This document shows positions 24,961 to 39,437 of a stretch of DNA of 64,000 nucleotides, piece after piece. The notes beneath the pieces are model-generated. The model searched no databases. It was not told the origin of the DNA and saw only the letters and a program-made list of their open reading frames with translations. How positions within the stretch are numbered: position 1 is the stretch's first letter; every line of letters begins with the position of its first letter. Position numbers and translations under genes: made by a program. This stretch comes from Octopus vulgaris. Lineage: Eukaryota. Location: positions 219,728,001 to 219,792,000 of the forward strand of contig OX597814.1 of the NCBI GenBank assembly GCA_951406725.2. The letters run 5' to 3'.

Positions 24961-27430
24961 GTAGTTTCAGCTCATAGCTGCGGCTATTCTGATGCACCAC
25001 CGTTATGCTACACTGTTATTTCTGAGAGCCTCCTCTAATATGTGGGACTTGATGAAGAATGGAGTTTGATGTAGCTACTCTCATTTGCACCTCTTGCTGT
25101 GAGGTAGGCTCATATGGGACTCTTAACAGGAAGATGTCTAGCTTTGATTTAAAAACGTCTACATCTACTTTGTGCAGGTTCCTCAGACTCTTTGGAAGAA
25201 TATTAAAAAGTTGTAGGCCCCTGAAACCTAGGCTGTCGCAGTAGCGTGATGTCGTTGCTGGGATCTTTGGTACTATGCAGTGTCGTCCCGTTCTAGCATT
25301 GGTGTAGCCTTCAATACCAAAATTTGGCACAATTCCTTCCAGGATCTTCCAGATATATATTACTGCATGCCTCTGCCGGCTTCTCTCCAGGGAGTAGAGT
25401 CTTAGCTGTTTCAACCTTTCCCAGTAGCTGAGCTGTTGCAAAGAGATGATCTTCTTTGTGAAACTTCTCTGGATTGCTTCAAGGTCCGCTGTTAATTTCA
25501 CACTGGTGGGTGACCATAACTGTGAACAGTATTCCAGGCATCTGAGGACGAATGTCCTCCAGAGGACCATCATGGTTTCTTTATCTTTGGTTCTCATTGT
25601 TAATAGAATCCATTTAACCAGTTGTCTGCACTTTGTCGCCATCCTGGTAATTTGCACTTGGAAAGAAGTATCATCACTCATGTCGATACCCAGGCCCCTC
25701 ACTGATTCGATACCCAGGCCCCTCACTGATTTAGGCTCTGGGATTGAAATTCCCTGTGGACCAGTGTACCCTGTAAGTTTCATATTCAGTTTTGGATGCT
25801 GGTAGCACAGGGCTTGGAATTTTTCAGCATTAAACTACATATTATTATCCTTAGTCTATCTGTAAATTCAGTCCAACTCCTGCTGCAGATGTGCAACATC
25901 GTTGGGGTTCTGTATTTTCTGCGAGACTTTCGTATCGTCTGTATAGCTTGCAAGAGTGGCTATCTGGGCACATGTGAACATATCTGAGAGGGCCACTATA
26001 AAAAGCAGTGGTCTCAAGACAGTGCCCTATGGAACACCATTCACTATTAGTATTTTCATAGAGGCGGCTCCATTAGCCACTACTGCTTGACTTCTATCTT
26101 TCAGAAAGTCATGTAACCACTCTCCAAGTTTTCCAGCTATGCCAAGATCATGGAGTTTGTGGCATATCATACCGTGATCCACCTTGTCAAAGGCTTTTGC
26201 AAAATCAAGGTATATTACGTCCACATTTGAGTTGTTGAGTAACTGCCTCAACACCCAGTCATAATGTTGTCAGAGCTGGGTCAGGTAGCTCTTACCTGGC
26301 CGAAAGCCATGCTGGGTATCACTCAGCAAGTTATTTTTTTCAAGGAATGCAATTAGTTTCCCTCTAACTATCCGTTCCATTACTTTGCTGATGTGTGAAG
26401 TCAGAGAGATGGGCCTATAGTTTTTGGCATCTGCTCTGTTTCCCCCTTTATGGATTGGGCATATTATTCCCTCCTTCAGCTTGCTTGGCAGTCTGCCATT
26501 TGCAAGAAAGCTCTGGGAGAGAATCTGGAGGGGTTTTGCCAGGGCATGCTTACATGATTTGAGGAGGATTGCTGGTAAACCATCAGGACCAGCAGTTGAG
26601 TTTGTGTCCACTTCATCTATGGCTAATAGTATATCTTCGTCGCTAATGTCGATGTATTCCATTGTAACTGCCTCGTTGGCTATAGGTGAGGCAGCAAAAA
26701 GGTCCACTGGTTCGTTCAGTTGTCTGTGTTCCAACGGGGTGGTAAAAATACTTTTGAACTGGTCATTCAGTACCTCACTGATTCTGGTTGGACTGTCTGT
26801 GAGGGAGCCATCCTTTTGGAAGAGTGGTCCTATCTTGCAAAGTACTGAGGCTGTTTCTTTTACATAATGAAAGAAGGCATTTGGGTTTGACTTAATGTTT
26901 TTTATAACCCAGGCTCCTTTGTCTGCTTTCTCCCTCACATAGGATTGTTGCAGCCTTTTTTCAATCTCCATCAGTGTTGTTTTTAGGCGGGACCTTTTGC
27001 TACTTTTGGGATGTTGGTTGAATCAATTTGCAACCTTTGTCCGTCGTCTCATGAGGATCTTCCTCTCCCTTGGAATCTTGTTCCTATTTGTTTTGGCCTT
27101 GTGCTCTGGGACATATTTCTGGCATATGGCTTGCACAACAGACATGAAACATTCTAGTTTCATGTCATTGTCTGGTGTGGAGAGACATTTCGGCCAGTCC
27201 TCTCTGAGGATCTCTTTTTAGATCGATTTCCAGTCTGCTTTGTGGAAGTTCAGATTGGAGAGATTTCGGGTGCTTCCTTTAGACTGTATGTCTCTGGTTA
27301 CTTTCGGCCCAAACATAGACAGCTCTATTATGTTGTGATCCAAGACTAATGTCAGCGTCACTTTCACATCATGAATGATGTCCATATTGTTCGTGACGCA
27401 GAGATCCAGAATGTTATTTGCCCTAGTCAG
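24961..27430 (-). mobile_element. 5'-truncated CR1/L2-group LINE, ORF2 (endonuclease end + RT) with stops and frameshifts
   Basis: ORFs 26270-26971, 26027-26254 and 25016-25783 contain NYRPISLTS, QHGFRPG, YLDFAKAFDKVDH and LEYCSQLWSP; short 3' UTR at about 24961-25015. Confidence 0.9.
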
Positions 27431-27439
27431 TCTGAGTAC

Positions 27440-27488
<49 letters not shown>

Positions 27489-28297
27489 TATTTGTTATAG
27501 AATGTGTCTGACATGTTACATTCTGAGCAATAACTTATTTACATATTACTGTTTTAAATGTTGGCTTGTGCAAATAAAGAAGCCTTTACATTGTCACTCA
27601 ACCTGCTAGAAAAAGTAACTAAATTTCCTTCGAACTTCATCCTATTATTTTAAAACCATGTATAAGGTGCAGATGGGTTTGTGTGGTTGAGAAGTTTGCT
27701 TCCCAACTACATGGTTTTAGGTTCATTCCTATTGCGTAGCACCTTGGGCAAGTGTCTTCTAATATAGCCTTGTGAGTGGGATTGGTTGCTAGAAACTGAA
27801 AGAAGCTTGTTGTATGTGTGTCCGTGTCCGTCCGTCTGTCCATCCATCTTTGACTCAACATTGCATGGTTGTTTTAAATAAGGTCATTGATTTCCAGTAT
27901 TCTGCAGAAACATGTCTGGCCATGGAAAAATATTATCCTGCTTGGAAACAGGTAAGGGTTGGTGACAGGAAGGGCATCTGGCTGCAGAAAATCTGCTTCG
28001 ATAAACTCTGTCCGACCCTGCAAGCATGGAAAAGTGGATGCCAAAATGATCATGATAATGATGACTGATACCTTTGAGAACAGACCTTGAGATTTTGTGC
28101 TGGTAATAAATAAATAAACAAAATAAACGCCCAGTGTTCCACGGAGTGACTACACTCACGGAGTGGTTGGCGTTAGGAAGGGCATCCAGCTGTAGAAACA
28201 TTGCCAGATAAGACCGGAGCCTGGTGCAGCCTTCTGGCTTCCCAGATCCCCGGTCGAACCGTCCAACCCATGCCAGCATGGAGAACGGACGTTAAAC

Positions 28298-28333
<36 letters not shown>

Positions 28334-29418
28334 AATAAGGTTAAACAACAAATGCTGGTGTCTTTTCTTGTTTTATTTCAAGTTACTAGGTTTATTTATA
28401 TTACTTTTTTGGTCCGTTGCCAGCCTCGCCTGGCCCTCGTGCCGGTGGCACATAAAAAGCACCATCCGTTCGTGGCCGTTTGCCAGCTCTGTCTGGCACC
28501 AGTGCGGGTGGCACGTAAAAAGCACCCACTACACTCACGGAGTGGTTGGCGTTAGGAAGGGCATCCAGCCGTAGAAACACTGCCAGATTTGACTGGGCCT
28601 GATGAAGCCTTCTGGCTTCACAGACCCCAGTAGAACCGTCCAACCCATGCTAGCATGGAAAACGGACGCTAAATGATGATGATGAAGGTTGCAATTAGAA
28701 TCAGAAATCAAAAGTGTTACAGTTTGTTAAGACATAAGATATTAAAATATTGATGCTACAACAAATATGAATATTCTGAAAGCCAAATTACTGATTTCTT
28801 GTTAAGAATCTCATAAACTTATTATAAATGTACTGAGATCAATGAAGGGGAACAAATGCATTGTTTCTACAAAAAACATATTTTCTCTTCAAGAAATTAT
28901 ATATGACTAGCTTTGGTTTTTAAGCTGATTGGGAATATTGGCTTAAGCACTTTAGAAATATGGCTTGAAGTACCAAAATATTCGATGGGATTGTGTGTAT
29001 TTGGACCATTCACTGTGTGGGACGATGTTGTTATATAGGTAAGGGTTGTGTTTGGAAGTGAGGAACAAGATCAAATCTGAAGTGTTTGCTATGTCAAAAT
29101 GATCTAAGTTCTGATCAAGCAATTTAGGTGTGAGAGAAATCACTCATGGCATTGATGACAGGTATGTAGAAAATGAGATAGTTAATAATTGATAGTGACC
29201 AAGGTGGCAGATAAGCACAAAAACAAAAATTTGAACTGGAGTAGCTACAGTATTGTATAAGTGTTGTCTTTATCAATGATAAACACATTAACTGTTTGTG
29301 AATGTTATGTTGTGTCTGGGAATGAAGTATTTGTGAATGTGTTTACAGTAAACTTACTAAATAACAAGGGATTTGAGATTGTGAATATTTTCATACATTT
29401 ATTTCATAAATATATGGT

Positions 29419-29656
29419 CACCTTCACCTTGATCACCTTGACCGACCAGTCCGTCAGGCATTCATTTGACACTGCTGGTCACAGCACGCTGTCCACTCCT
29501 CTCTGGATTGCGCCTTTCTCATCCACGTGATCCCAATTGTCCTCCTGAAATTGTAACTCCACTGTCGTGGAGGACTTCCAGGTGGTCTTTTTCGCTCGTG
29601 CAGGTACCACTCGACAACTGCGTGCGTCCACCGATTATATATGTGCTGAGATATCG
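29419..29656 (-). mobile_element. Short truncated retroposon, single copy in this window
   Basis: GC-rich body, (AAGGTG/C)n tail on the minus strand, 11-bp TSD AAATATATGGT (29408-29418, 29657-29667). Confidence 0.65.
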
Positions 29657-30594
29657 AAATATATGGTATATAGTAAATAAGAGAAAGGGACAGTGTGAAT
29701 AATTACTACTTAATTTGCTGCTTAAGTATTTTTTCAAGAAATTTGGATAAAACATGCATTTCAAAATAACAACTTTCTCAAAATGAAGAAGAAATAAAGC
29801 CGAAATGACCGTGAGTATTTGGTAACAAATGCATGTTTATTATATGGTAATAGCATAGTAAAGAAATAAACAAAACATGTTTTAACCCTTTTGTTACCGT
29901 ATTTCTGTTGAGATGCTCTGTATTTCTTTCAATTAATTTTAGATATAACAAAGAATTTAGTAAAATAACTTAGTTATCATTAAGCTAGTGTTAGGAACAT
30001 AGATTGTGACTACGGTTTGGTGGAAGATTTTAATTCAAAACTTATGAAAACAAGACATTTGTACTACAGAGCCAGAGCCGGTTTTGGCCGGGTTAGTAAC
30101 GAAAGGGTTAGAGTTGATAGAACATTTTCAAACAAAAGAAAAAACAACATATTTTCATTAAAAAAAAAAAAAATTCCCAAAAGCTATTTTAAAATTCTGT
30201 TTGATCTGGAGAAGTCCTTTCTGCAATAATTGTTTTTTTTTTTAGTAGTTTCCTACTGTCATTTTGCTTGGAGAGGTTTGTGAGGATCCTTGTATGCTTA
30301 AGCATTATGCAGTTGCATAACTTGTTGTATAGAAGAACTTGGATTCTGTTCAAAATAAGAAAAAGAAATTGTAATCTTCTTGTATCTTGATGATATTCCC
30401 TCATTTCATCATCTTTTCTATCTTTCCAGGTAGAGGAGCCATGTATCTCCTATGTAGCAAGGCTCATGTTCCTGTCTTTATAATATTTTAGCCTCTTGAC
30501 AACTGGCACAAAACCATCCCCTTCAACACTGCATCTTTGCACAGTTGAAGGCTCTTGTCTTGCAAGTTACTTGGTGGCATCTAGTACATTCTGT

Positions 30595-30978
30595 GGAGGC
30601 GCAATGGCCCAGTGGTTAGGGCAGCGGACTCGCGGTCGTAGGATCGCGGTTTCGATTCCCAGACCGGGCATTGTGAGTGTTTATTGAGCGAAAACACCTA
30701 AAGCTTCACAAGGTTCCTGCAGGGGGTGGTGGTGAACCCTGCTCTACTCTTTCACCACAACTTTCTCACTCTTACTTCCTGTTTCTGTTGTACCTGTATT
30801 TCAAAGGGCCGGCCTTGTCACTCTCTGTGTCATGCTGAATGTCCCCGAGAACTACGTTAAGGGTGCACGTGTCTGTGGAGTGCTCAGCCACTTACACGTT
30901 AATTTCACGAGCAGGCTGTTCCGTTGATCGTATCAGCTGGGACCCTCATCGTCGTAACCGACGGAGTGCTCCTACTAC
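30595..30978 (+). mobile_element. SINE family C copy
   Basis: Near-identical copy; TSD TACATTCTGT. Confidence 0.9.
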
Positions 30979-31764
30979 TACATTCTGTAAAGTGGTTGGC
31001 ATAAAGAAGGACATCCAGCTGTAGAAATCGTGCTAAAGCAGCCATTGTAACTTAATGTAGTCATCAGATCTTGTTGAATCATCCAACCCATGTCAGAATG
31101 GAACATCGATGTTAAATGATGACTATGAGATGACGACGGTGATTTCATTTCCATCATCCTCTTTGGAACAAATTACTGTCTTGATTTTTCAGGATTAACC
31201 CAACTGTTATTAATCTCCTCATCTGTGGTAGTTTAGGATAATCTCTATATCATTGTTGACTGCGCTCCAACCATTGCTATTATAACGGGTTTCACGCTAC
31301 ACTATGAAACTACTGGGTAATGAATTTTCTGCATTATTCTTTTTGTGCTTCTGCTTAAGAGTAGAACCACCAAAATCCTCTTTATCTTCATCATTGGAAA
31401 TTAAATTGTCAGGCACAAAAATAAGCTAAAAGAGTGTTTATGTAAATGCAAAAGTCCTTTATCCATCCTTACATATTGACCTGAGTAGTAGTTCTTCACT
31501 GGGAGACATTGTGATCACTAATGTAAATATTAGTGGTTGCTGGAATCTATTTGTGGATTTGTTTATTCACTAACATAATCATTCACTAACATAATCATAG
31601 GCGCAGGAGTAGCTGTGTGGTAAGTAGCTTGCTTACCAACCACATGGTTCTGGGTTCAGTCCCACTGCGTGGCATCTTGGGCAGGTGTCTTCTGCTATAG
31701 GCCCGGGCCGACCAATGCCTTGTGAGTGGATTTGGTAGACGGAAACTGAAAGAAGCCTGTCGTA

Positions 31765-31797
<33 letters not shown>

Positions 31798-33784
31798 GTG
31801 CATGTGTGTGTTTGTGTGTCATTGCTTGACAACCGATGCTAGTGTGTTTACGTCGCCGTCACTTAGCGGTTTGGCAAAAGAAACCGATAGAATAAGTACT
31901 GGGCTTACAAAGAATAAGCCCCGGGGTTGATTTGCTTGACTAAAGGCGGTGCTCCAGCATGGCCGCAGTCAAATGACTGAAACAAGTAAAAGAGTAAAAG
32001 AGATATGTGCCACTTCTACTTGGTCAAAGTAGCTTGTTTGGCGACTACAAAAAAAATGAATATTATTTTCTTGTGCTTTGACCTTGTTTGTTTTGGGGTT
32101 TATATGTTTTAGAGCAATTAAGAATTGTGTTGTTGAATTTGTTTTTATGGTTTTTTTAACGAGTGTTTTGCAATTATATGAGATTTGTTTCAAATTTATG
32201 TTGTTCTTGTTGACATCTAAAATGACAGCCATGAAAATAAACAAGAAATACCAAAAAAAAAAAAAAAAAACTAAATTTAATACTCTCTCATCTTAATAAC
32301 ACACACACACACACAGAAAATCTTAATTACACCAAAAATATATTCCTGATGATAAACCAGCTGGCCACATGCAACATAACTCAGTAATAAACAAAAATCT
32401 TCCACAGCCACCATTAACTAAGTGATGCTAACTACAGTTTGTGACATGCTATTTTCAAAGACTGCTATGATGAACTTTCTTAAGTAACTAATTTTCAGTT
32501 GAAGACCTAATTAAATATTATTAAAGACTAGAATTTTATTGACCAGCAACTTTTGTTTTATACTAGTTTTAATCACAGGAAAATTAATGCCATCATAAAA
32601 TATATTTGTGAGTGATGAATTATTTATGTCTGCAGCAGGTTAAAAGTAGATAATCTTTCTCAAGAAGATTGAATGGTAGCTCTTCGTTATAAAATTGTTA
32701 ATAGAAACCTCATTGTGAAATTAATATCATAAACTAGCTGACCTTAAGAAGTGACATGTAGGAAGTGAAAGTTTTTTTATCGATTGAATACTTCTATTCA
32801 TTAATGCGTTCATTATTGAAGACTTTATTATCGCCTAAAAAATGTAAATTCCTTAATTTAAAAAAAATTATCTCTTTGAATTTTTTTTATTGATATCGAA
32901 TAATATCAATCATAATAAAGTCATTGAATTTCAGTTTATAAAAAAATGTTCTTGACTCAGTCTCACTGTATGGCATCTTGGGCAATTGTCTTCTACTATA
33001 GCCCCAGGTCAACTAAAGTCTTGTGAGTGGACTTGGTAGACGGAAACAAAAAGAAACCTGTTGTATATATGCAAGGCATGCATTATTGCCTCCTTGACTT
33101 CATGTGATAGTTTTGAATAGATGTCACCATCATGCAAGTAGTGTCCTTCTCCAATCATCTGTTTAACCCTTCCGTTACCAACCCGGCTGAAACCAGCTCT
33201 GACTCTAAGTACAAATGTTTTGTTTTTCATATAAGTTTTGAATTAAGATCTTCCACCAAACCTTAGACACAATTTATGTTCCTAACACTAGCTTAATGAT
33301 AACTAAGTTATTTTGCTAAATTCTTTGTTATATTTAAAATTAATTGAAAGAAACACAAACTATCTCAAAATAAAGACAGTAATGAAAGGGTTAAAACATG
33401 TCTGTCTGTGGGGAATGTTACCTTGCTTGAAAACAGAACGGAATTCAGCTGTAGAAAATCTACCTCAGCAAATTCCATTCAACCCATGCGAGCATAGAAA
33501 AGTGGATGCTGAGTGATGATGATTCAACCTGAAATTAAGTGGTGCCTGTGCAGGTATTGGTTTCAGTTATTAACAGCAACACCATTACAAGACTTGGATT
33601 ATTTTCTCTAAATTATATTTGTAGGCGATACCCTGTACGGTAAAATGTTTGTTTGTATTAAAGCACATATGCTTAAAAGTGAAAGCATTATGACCCTTCA
33701 AACTCCCACTTTTCTTGCGTGCTGATTCTTTAAGTCTGCTTCACAATTAATTTAATTATAACATATATAATCAATTATATTTAA

Positions 33785-34870
33785 CCCTTTTGTTACTATA
33801 TTTCTGACCAAAATACACCCCTTATGTGTTTCAATTAATTTCTAACATAATCATAAATTTAGTCTGGTTTCATTAAACAACTATAACTTTTTTATTTATC
33901 AATATATTAATGTGATTTTTGGAAGATAATTTAATGAAATGTTCTCAACCAATTCTTATACTATAATTTTTGTCACAAAGTGACTCTAATTGCAGGTAGA
34001 TACAGGTAAATTCAACAAAATATAAAATTATTAAAATTTTGTTCAAACATCGCCATAGAAAATGGGTTATTAGCTAATATTCTATTGGGTATACAACAAA
34101 ATTTTACGATAGAATTTGTTATTCTGGGTAGCTTTCTGATAACCATAATAATATTTATGGCAAAATAGGCCTTAATTTCATTTAAGGTTGTGGGAAACCA
34201 CTAACTATCCTTTCTTTCGCTTTGTTTACATTTAGCGTAACGGTTCGTTTCCGCCGTAATGATTTCAAATAGGCTCATTTGAAAAAGTAAATAGAAATAG
34301 TCTAAGGCTTTACTCTCCTGGGAAAGACTGGCTTGGTCCAGTTTCTTCAGAAAAATCACCGAAAGAAACAGTTTTTAAATTTTCACTCCATTCAGGTGCC
34401 AATTCATTTTCTTTATCGCTGTCGGAGTTCTCGGATTCACTGTTTTCACTTTCGGAAAATGAAACATCGGATTCATTATCAAATACCTCGTGCTTTTTTT
34501 TTCAGTCATAGAGTTAGATTTATCAAGGTCTTCAGTAGAAAAGCCTTCGAATTCTGACTCGCTGCTTGATATAATGAAATTCGTATCCATTTTTTGTCAG
34601 AATTACAAATTTTGAAAACACAATAGGAACAAATTTCGGAAAAAAATCTCCCAAAATTCATGGAATTAAAATTACACTTCGATCATTGTACAAAACTGTA
34701 GATGAACTGTTTACGAAGTATAATCACATGTTTTCACAAATGTACTAAAGAGATTTGCTCTGATATTCTCATTTAAATATGAATAGGTAAATACGGGCGG
34801 GTTTGGGCGGTTTGGTCACATTAACGAAAATTTTTTTCAGGCGGCTTTGGGCAGTTTGGTAACGAAAGGG
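33785..34870 (-). mobile_element. Internally deleted piggyBac transposon
   Basis: TTAA at both ends and CCCTTT(T/C)GTTAC TIRs. Minus-strand remnant reads MDTNFIISSSESEFEGF, then ITAETNRYA and WFPTTLNEIKAYFAINIIM (piggyBac/PGBD4-type N-terminus), with stops and frameshifts. Confidence 0.88.
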
Positions 34871-37202
34871 TTAAACCAACCATATCCGGCCCAAATATTC
34901 TTCTTGTTTTATGCTCAGACTAGCAGGATCTGGCCTCTCACACCTATGCTACAATGTTATTATAAAGATAAACACTCACATCACCAAAATCTGCAACATA
35001 ATGTATAATGATAACTAGATATTAATTTGATAGAAAAATTTGAATGCCAAAGGAATAAATCAGTATTAAAAGAAACTTCCCTCTATTTATTTCAAATTGC
35101 ATTCAAGTGAATGTTATTTCTAATTTCTTTGAGACACAAATTGCTTCATTTAGTAAAAAGCCTTTTTTTTTTCTCTTTTTTTTGGTTAAATATAAACAGG
35201 AATATTGAGGTTTAGCATCATGACAAAATAAGTGAAAAAAAGATATCATCAATACACATTGATATTTGTAATGTGGAGTTCTTCCATCCATTGATAATGA
35301 GCAGTTATTAATGTGTTCATTATGGTAAGGGGAAACTCTCTCAAACATGGGAAATGAAAACATCAAGGATGAATGAGTGATCCTTTAAAAACAAAGTCAC
35401 ATAAAAGATTTAAAAAAAAAAAATAGGGTTCTTTTGTAAATAAATTTTAAAATCAATCTGCAGCAAAGGGGTTCATTGTAAAACAAAGTAGTCAATTAGA
35501 GAAAGGAGTAATTGTAACTTACAAAATTTCAGAATTAATTGCTAAATGTAGAAAGCCATATACTAATTATTATGTTGGGTCCTGATAGAAGTAATATAAC
35601 GTCACTAATTCATCTCAGCAATAGATCAATATCAATAGAAATTGATGAGCTGGCAGAAATGGAAACTGTCTGTGATATTTTTATATTTATTTTGAAAATT
35701 TTTAGTGAGTACAAGAAATCCCTTTGAGGAATCTGGTGCAGACTTGGTAACACTTGACAATAAAAGGGTTAGTAATGAATCTGTTGCAGTCCCTGTCCAT
35801 ATTTTAGAATCCTAGGGACAAAAACAATATAATTTCTTGCAAGAAGAGCTTGAGAATCCTGATATTCTAAGCTGTTGCCTTTTCCATGAACAGAAGTGTC
35901 AATGGAAGACGGGAACCTGAGAAAAACTACAGCATCACAAGCTTGTATATACAGACTTGTATAGACAATCATTTGTTGAACTGGATGGCCATGGTGGAAA
36001 TCTGGAGAAAGTTTTTATCCTGATTCTTCTGTACTTACCACCACTCTTTTCTGAAGGATCTTTCAACTCTTGAATCATTTGTTTTGCATGAATTACAAAA
36101 AACTTATGACCTAACTGAAAGCGAGACTTTAGTGATACCAGATACTTATCAGTTCCTTATTTATTGGCTGTGGAGCACTGATTGCTTGAAAACAGTAAGC
36201 AAGCTCAGGGAAAGTCCAAGTTGTCATTGCAATACCTGCTCAGAAGCCTGCGCAAAGTTGCAGAAAGTGTATGGGAAGGAGTGTATGAGCCACATACAAA
36301 AAAGTGTGCAAATGGTTCAGATGTTTCCAAGTTAGCCGAAAAATATATTGATAGTGATGAACATTCTGGGAGACCTGCAACCAGCAGAACTGAGAAAAAC
36401 ATCACAGATGTGCATGCAGCTGTGAGGGGAAATTGTCAAATCACCATCGGTGAGTTATCAGAGGATGTGCAGATTAGTTACGGTTCAGTTCAGTCCATTA
36501 TCACTGAAGATTTGGGTATGAGTCGCGTGTCTGCCAAGTTTGTGCCAAAACTGCTTTCAGCTGACCAAAAAGACACTCGAATTTCAGTTGCACAAGATCT
36601 CCTTCATTGTGTTGAGAATGATAAAAACTTTTTGAAAACTTTGCATAGGCCTTTGAACAGGTATCACCAAGCTTTTGGCAAAATTTGATGCAGATTCTCT
36701 GCTCGGCTTTCTCTATCATGGTCAATGCAACGATCACACGCTACACATGTTACTTCCAAGTACTGCTGTAAACAGCAGAAGTCAGCTAGAATGTTAAAAC
36801 TTAGTGTGTGTGTGTGTGTGCACAACAGAGTTCAAAGTCAATCTGTGCCTAGCAGCTTCACTCTACATGCTGTAGCTCCGTTACTATGGCAACAGTCTGA
36901 ATACTTATTGATCAGAGCACATATCTTATGGAAATACAGTTTCAAAATGATGAATCTGTCCATAAAGCTATGAATGTTCAGCTATTCAATGCTAGAAATA
37001 GTACACCAATAGATCAGTGCAGTCATGAAGGGGTAGTTAACGCTTTTCCAGAACGCTTTGATCATGCCTTCTAGTATTCATCTGTTGTGGTGGTCCACAC
37101 CCAGGACACAAAAATTGTATTACTTTTGTAGAATATCTGTACTTTACTGTCCTGATGTAATCACATTGTGAATGATTAAAATGCACACACACAGACACAC
37201 AG

Positions 37203-37248
<46 letters not shown>

Positions 37249-38866
37249 GTGTGTGTGTAGGGAAGTAAGGAGCATTGTACACAGATAGTGAAATAATAAG
37301 GTAGTGTACAGTCAGTGAATGTGACAGATAGATAAATAGATAGGCTGAGTGAGGGTCTCTTTCTGGTCCCTTGATGTGCTAGCAAATATGTATGTATATT
37401 GCCGTCATTGTTGTCATCATTATATGTCTATTTTTCCTATGCTGGTTTACACAGGTCATCAGAGACAATTTGTTCTTATTCAGAGTAATTTCCCTCCTCA
37501 GGTTCCATTTTTAGCACTTTTTTTCTCTGGCACGATGCCCTTCATGTTGCCAACCACTTAATAAAGCATACTGAATGCATGGACTTTATCATGGCCACAA
37601 TACTAGAGAGATTAAATATCCCTCTTGATTCTACATTTTTCCCATTTGTTCACCAACAAAAGAGAGTTGCTTTGATTCTGATTGAGAGAAGAGTGTGATG
37701 AAAGAGCTCAAGAGTGAGAAGGATGTGTGTGAGAGAGAGGACCAGAGTGAAAGGTGCTCTAAAGAGTGGGGTGAAGAGGAAGAGTGATAAACAGCTACGT
37801 GATAGTTGCTGGTAAGGAGTTTGAGTAAAAAAAACGGCTGAGAGATTTCAGTGGAGGATGAGGGAGAGTGCATGGGACAGAGTGATATAAGTGGGGGTAC
37901 TGGAAGTGAGAGTATAATGGCAGAAAGAATGTTCCAGCATGGAGAGGGATAGTGTGAGGAGTGTAATAGTGATTATGGAGAGGAATGGATGTTAATGAGT
38001 AGTTGGAGAGAGAGGGGGGTGAAGATGGGTGGTGGTCACTGACTAGGAATGATGGATGTTTATCTATGTGTCAATGATGACACTGTCCAATGTGTCCTTT
38101 ATTTCAGATGGCAGAGTGTGTTTTGGTTGCTATTTCAAGCAGGTTAAGCAATCCTTTTATATTAGAAAGATGCAGATAAGGGTATGTGTTGAAGAAGCTT
38201 GATTACTTGTGCAGCACCTTGGCTTCTAAAGCCCTGGGCTAGCTCATACCACGTGAATGAATTTACCAGACAGAAACTGTGGAAGCCTATTGTGTGTGTG
38301 TGTTTGTGCTTGTCTGTCCCACCCCCTCACCCTTGACACCCAGTGTTGCTCTTTTTTCATTCCTCTAACTTAGCAGTTCAGAAAGAGTATAAAGGATTTT
38401 AGTACCAAATTCGTTTGGCAAAAACCCTTTGAGGCAGTGCCCCCTGCTTTGCTGCAGTGCCAATGACTGGAACAAGTAGAAGAAGAATAAAAGTGTGTGC
38501 ATGTGTGTGTGTGTGTGTGTGTGCGTGCACATGTATACATATGCACACACTCACATACATGATTCTTATGATGCTGTAACTGGCCTGGTGATGATATTGA
38601 TAACGATGTTGCTCTTACTGCATTGACACACTTGTAAACAAATGTCTTTATCTTTCTCTTTATGGAGACAACTATACAAATCCCAGTGTCAGATCTGAAA
38701 TCTTTTAAGGCTACATGTTTTCCTTAATCTTTGTGTATTCATTTTCACACTTGTTATTTTGATTTTTCTGTCTAGAAAGATTTTTGTTATTTTTTTCTTC
38801 CTTAATTTCAACTGTTTGACTGTAATTGTTTTGATATATTGTTAATGAAATTGTATATCGTTTCAG

Positions 38867-39437
38867 GTGAAGCAAATTATTGGCCGTAGGACACGGAGGA
38901 TTAGTGGCAAATATCATTTAGAATATCTCATTCGGTGGAAAGGCTTTGGTCACAAAGGAGACACATGGGAGCCAGTCAGTAACCTGAAGTCTTGTCAAGT
39001 GTTGGTGCGCAAATATGAACGGCAACATGGCAAAATATCACTTAGGAATACATCTGCCTGTAAAATATTAAAAAATGCTATCAAGTCTAAAAAGACACCT
39101 AATTCTAAGAAAGTTTCTCCTGATAGCAAGAGCAGGACTAGTGTAAATGTGAAAAGAGAAAACGGTGTGAGTGATGAGTGTACAGAATGTGACAGTGACG
39201 ATGATCTATTATATTCACTTGTCTCAAAACCAACAAAACCAAAAAAAAAGATTGAACCGAAAACTGTTAAAAAAGTGCCAAAGGCAACGAGTAAGAACTG
39301 TGAAACAATCGCCAGCTGCTCCAAAGTGCCATTGACTGTGTTAGCAAGCAAAACCACAACTCCTTGTACCACCAAAAAAAAAGGGATGAAGAGAATGAAG
39401 TTACTGGATAGTGTAAAGAAAAATGAATCAAAAGCAG
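38867..39437 (+). CDS. CDYL: CDYL/CDYL2-like gene, chromodomain exon (internal exon, 571 nt, phase 0 to phase 1)
   Basis: Acceptor tttcag|GTG at 38866/7 and donor GCAG|gtaaga at 39437/8. Translation VKQIIGRR...EYLIRWKGFGHKGDTWEPVSNL is a canonical chromodomain, followed by a Lys/Ser-rich linker. Confidence 0.92.

Noticed and set aside
25684-25731. 24-bp tandem duplication (ESVRGLGI twice) in the LINE ORF
   Set aside because: A local duplication in an already dead copy, with no functional implication.
38108-38142. atttcag|ATGGCAGAG...CAG|gttaag as the CDYL start exon
   Set aside because: It ends in phase 2, which is incompatible with the phase-0 chromodomain exon, and the sequence resembles a dispersed repeat remnant.
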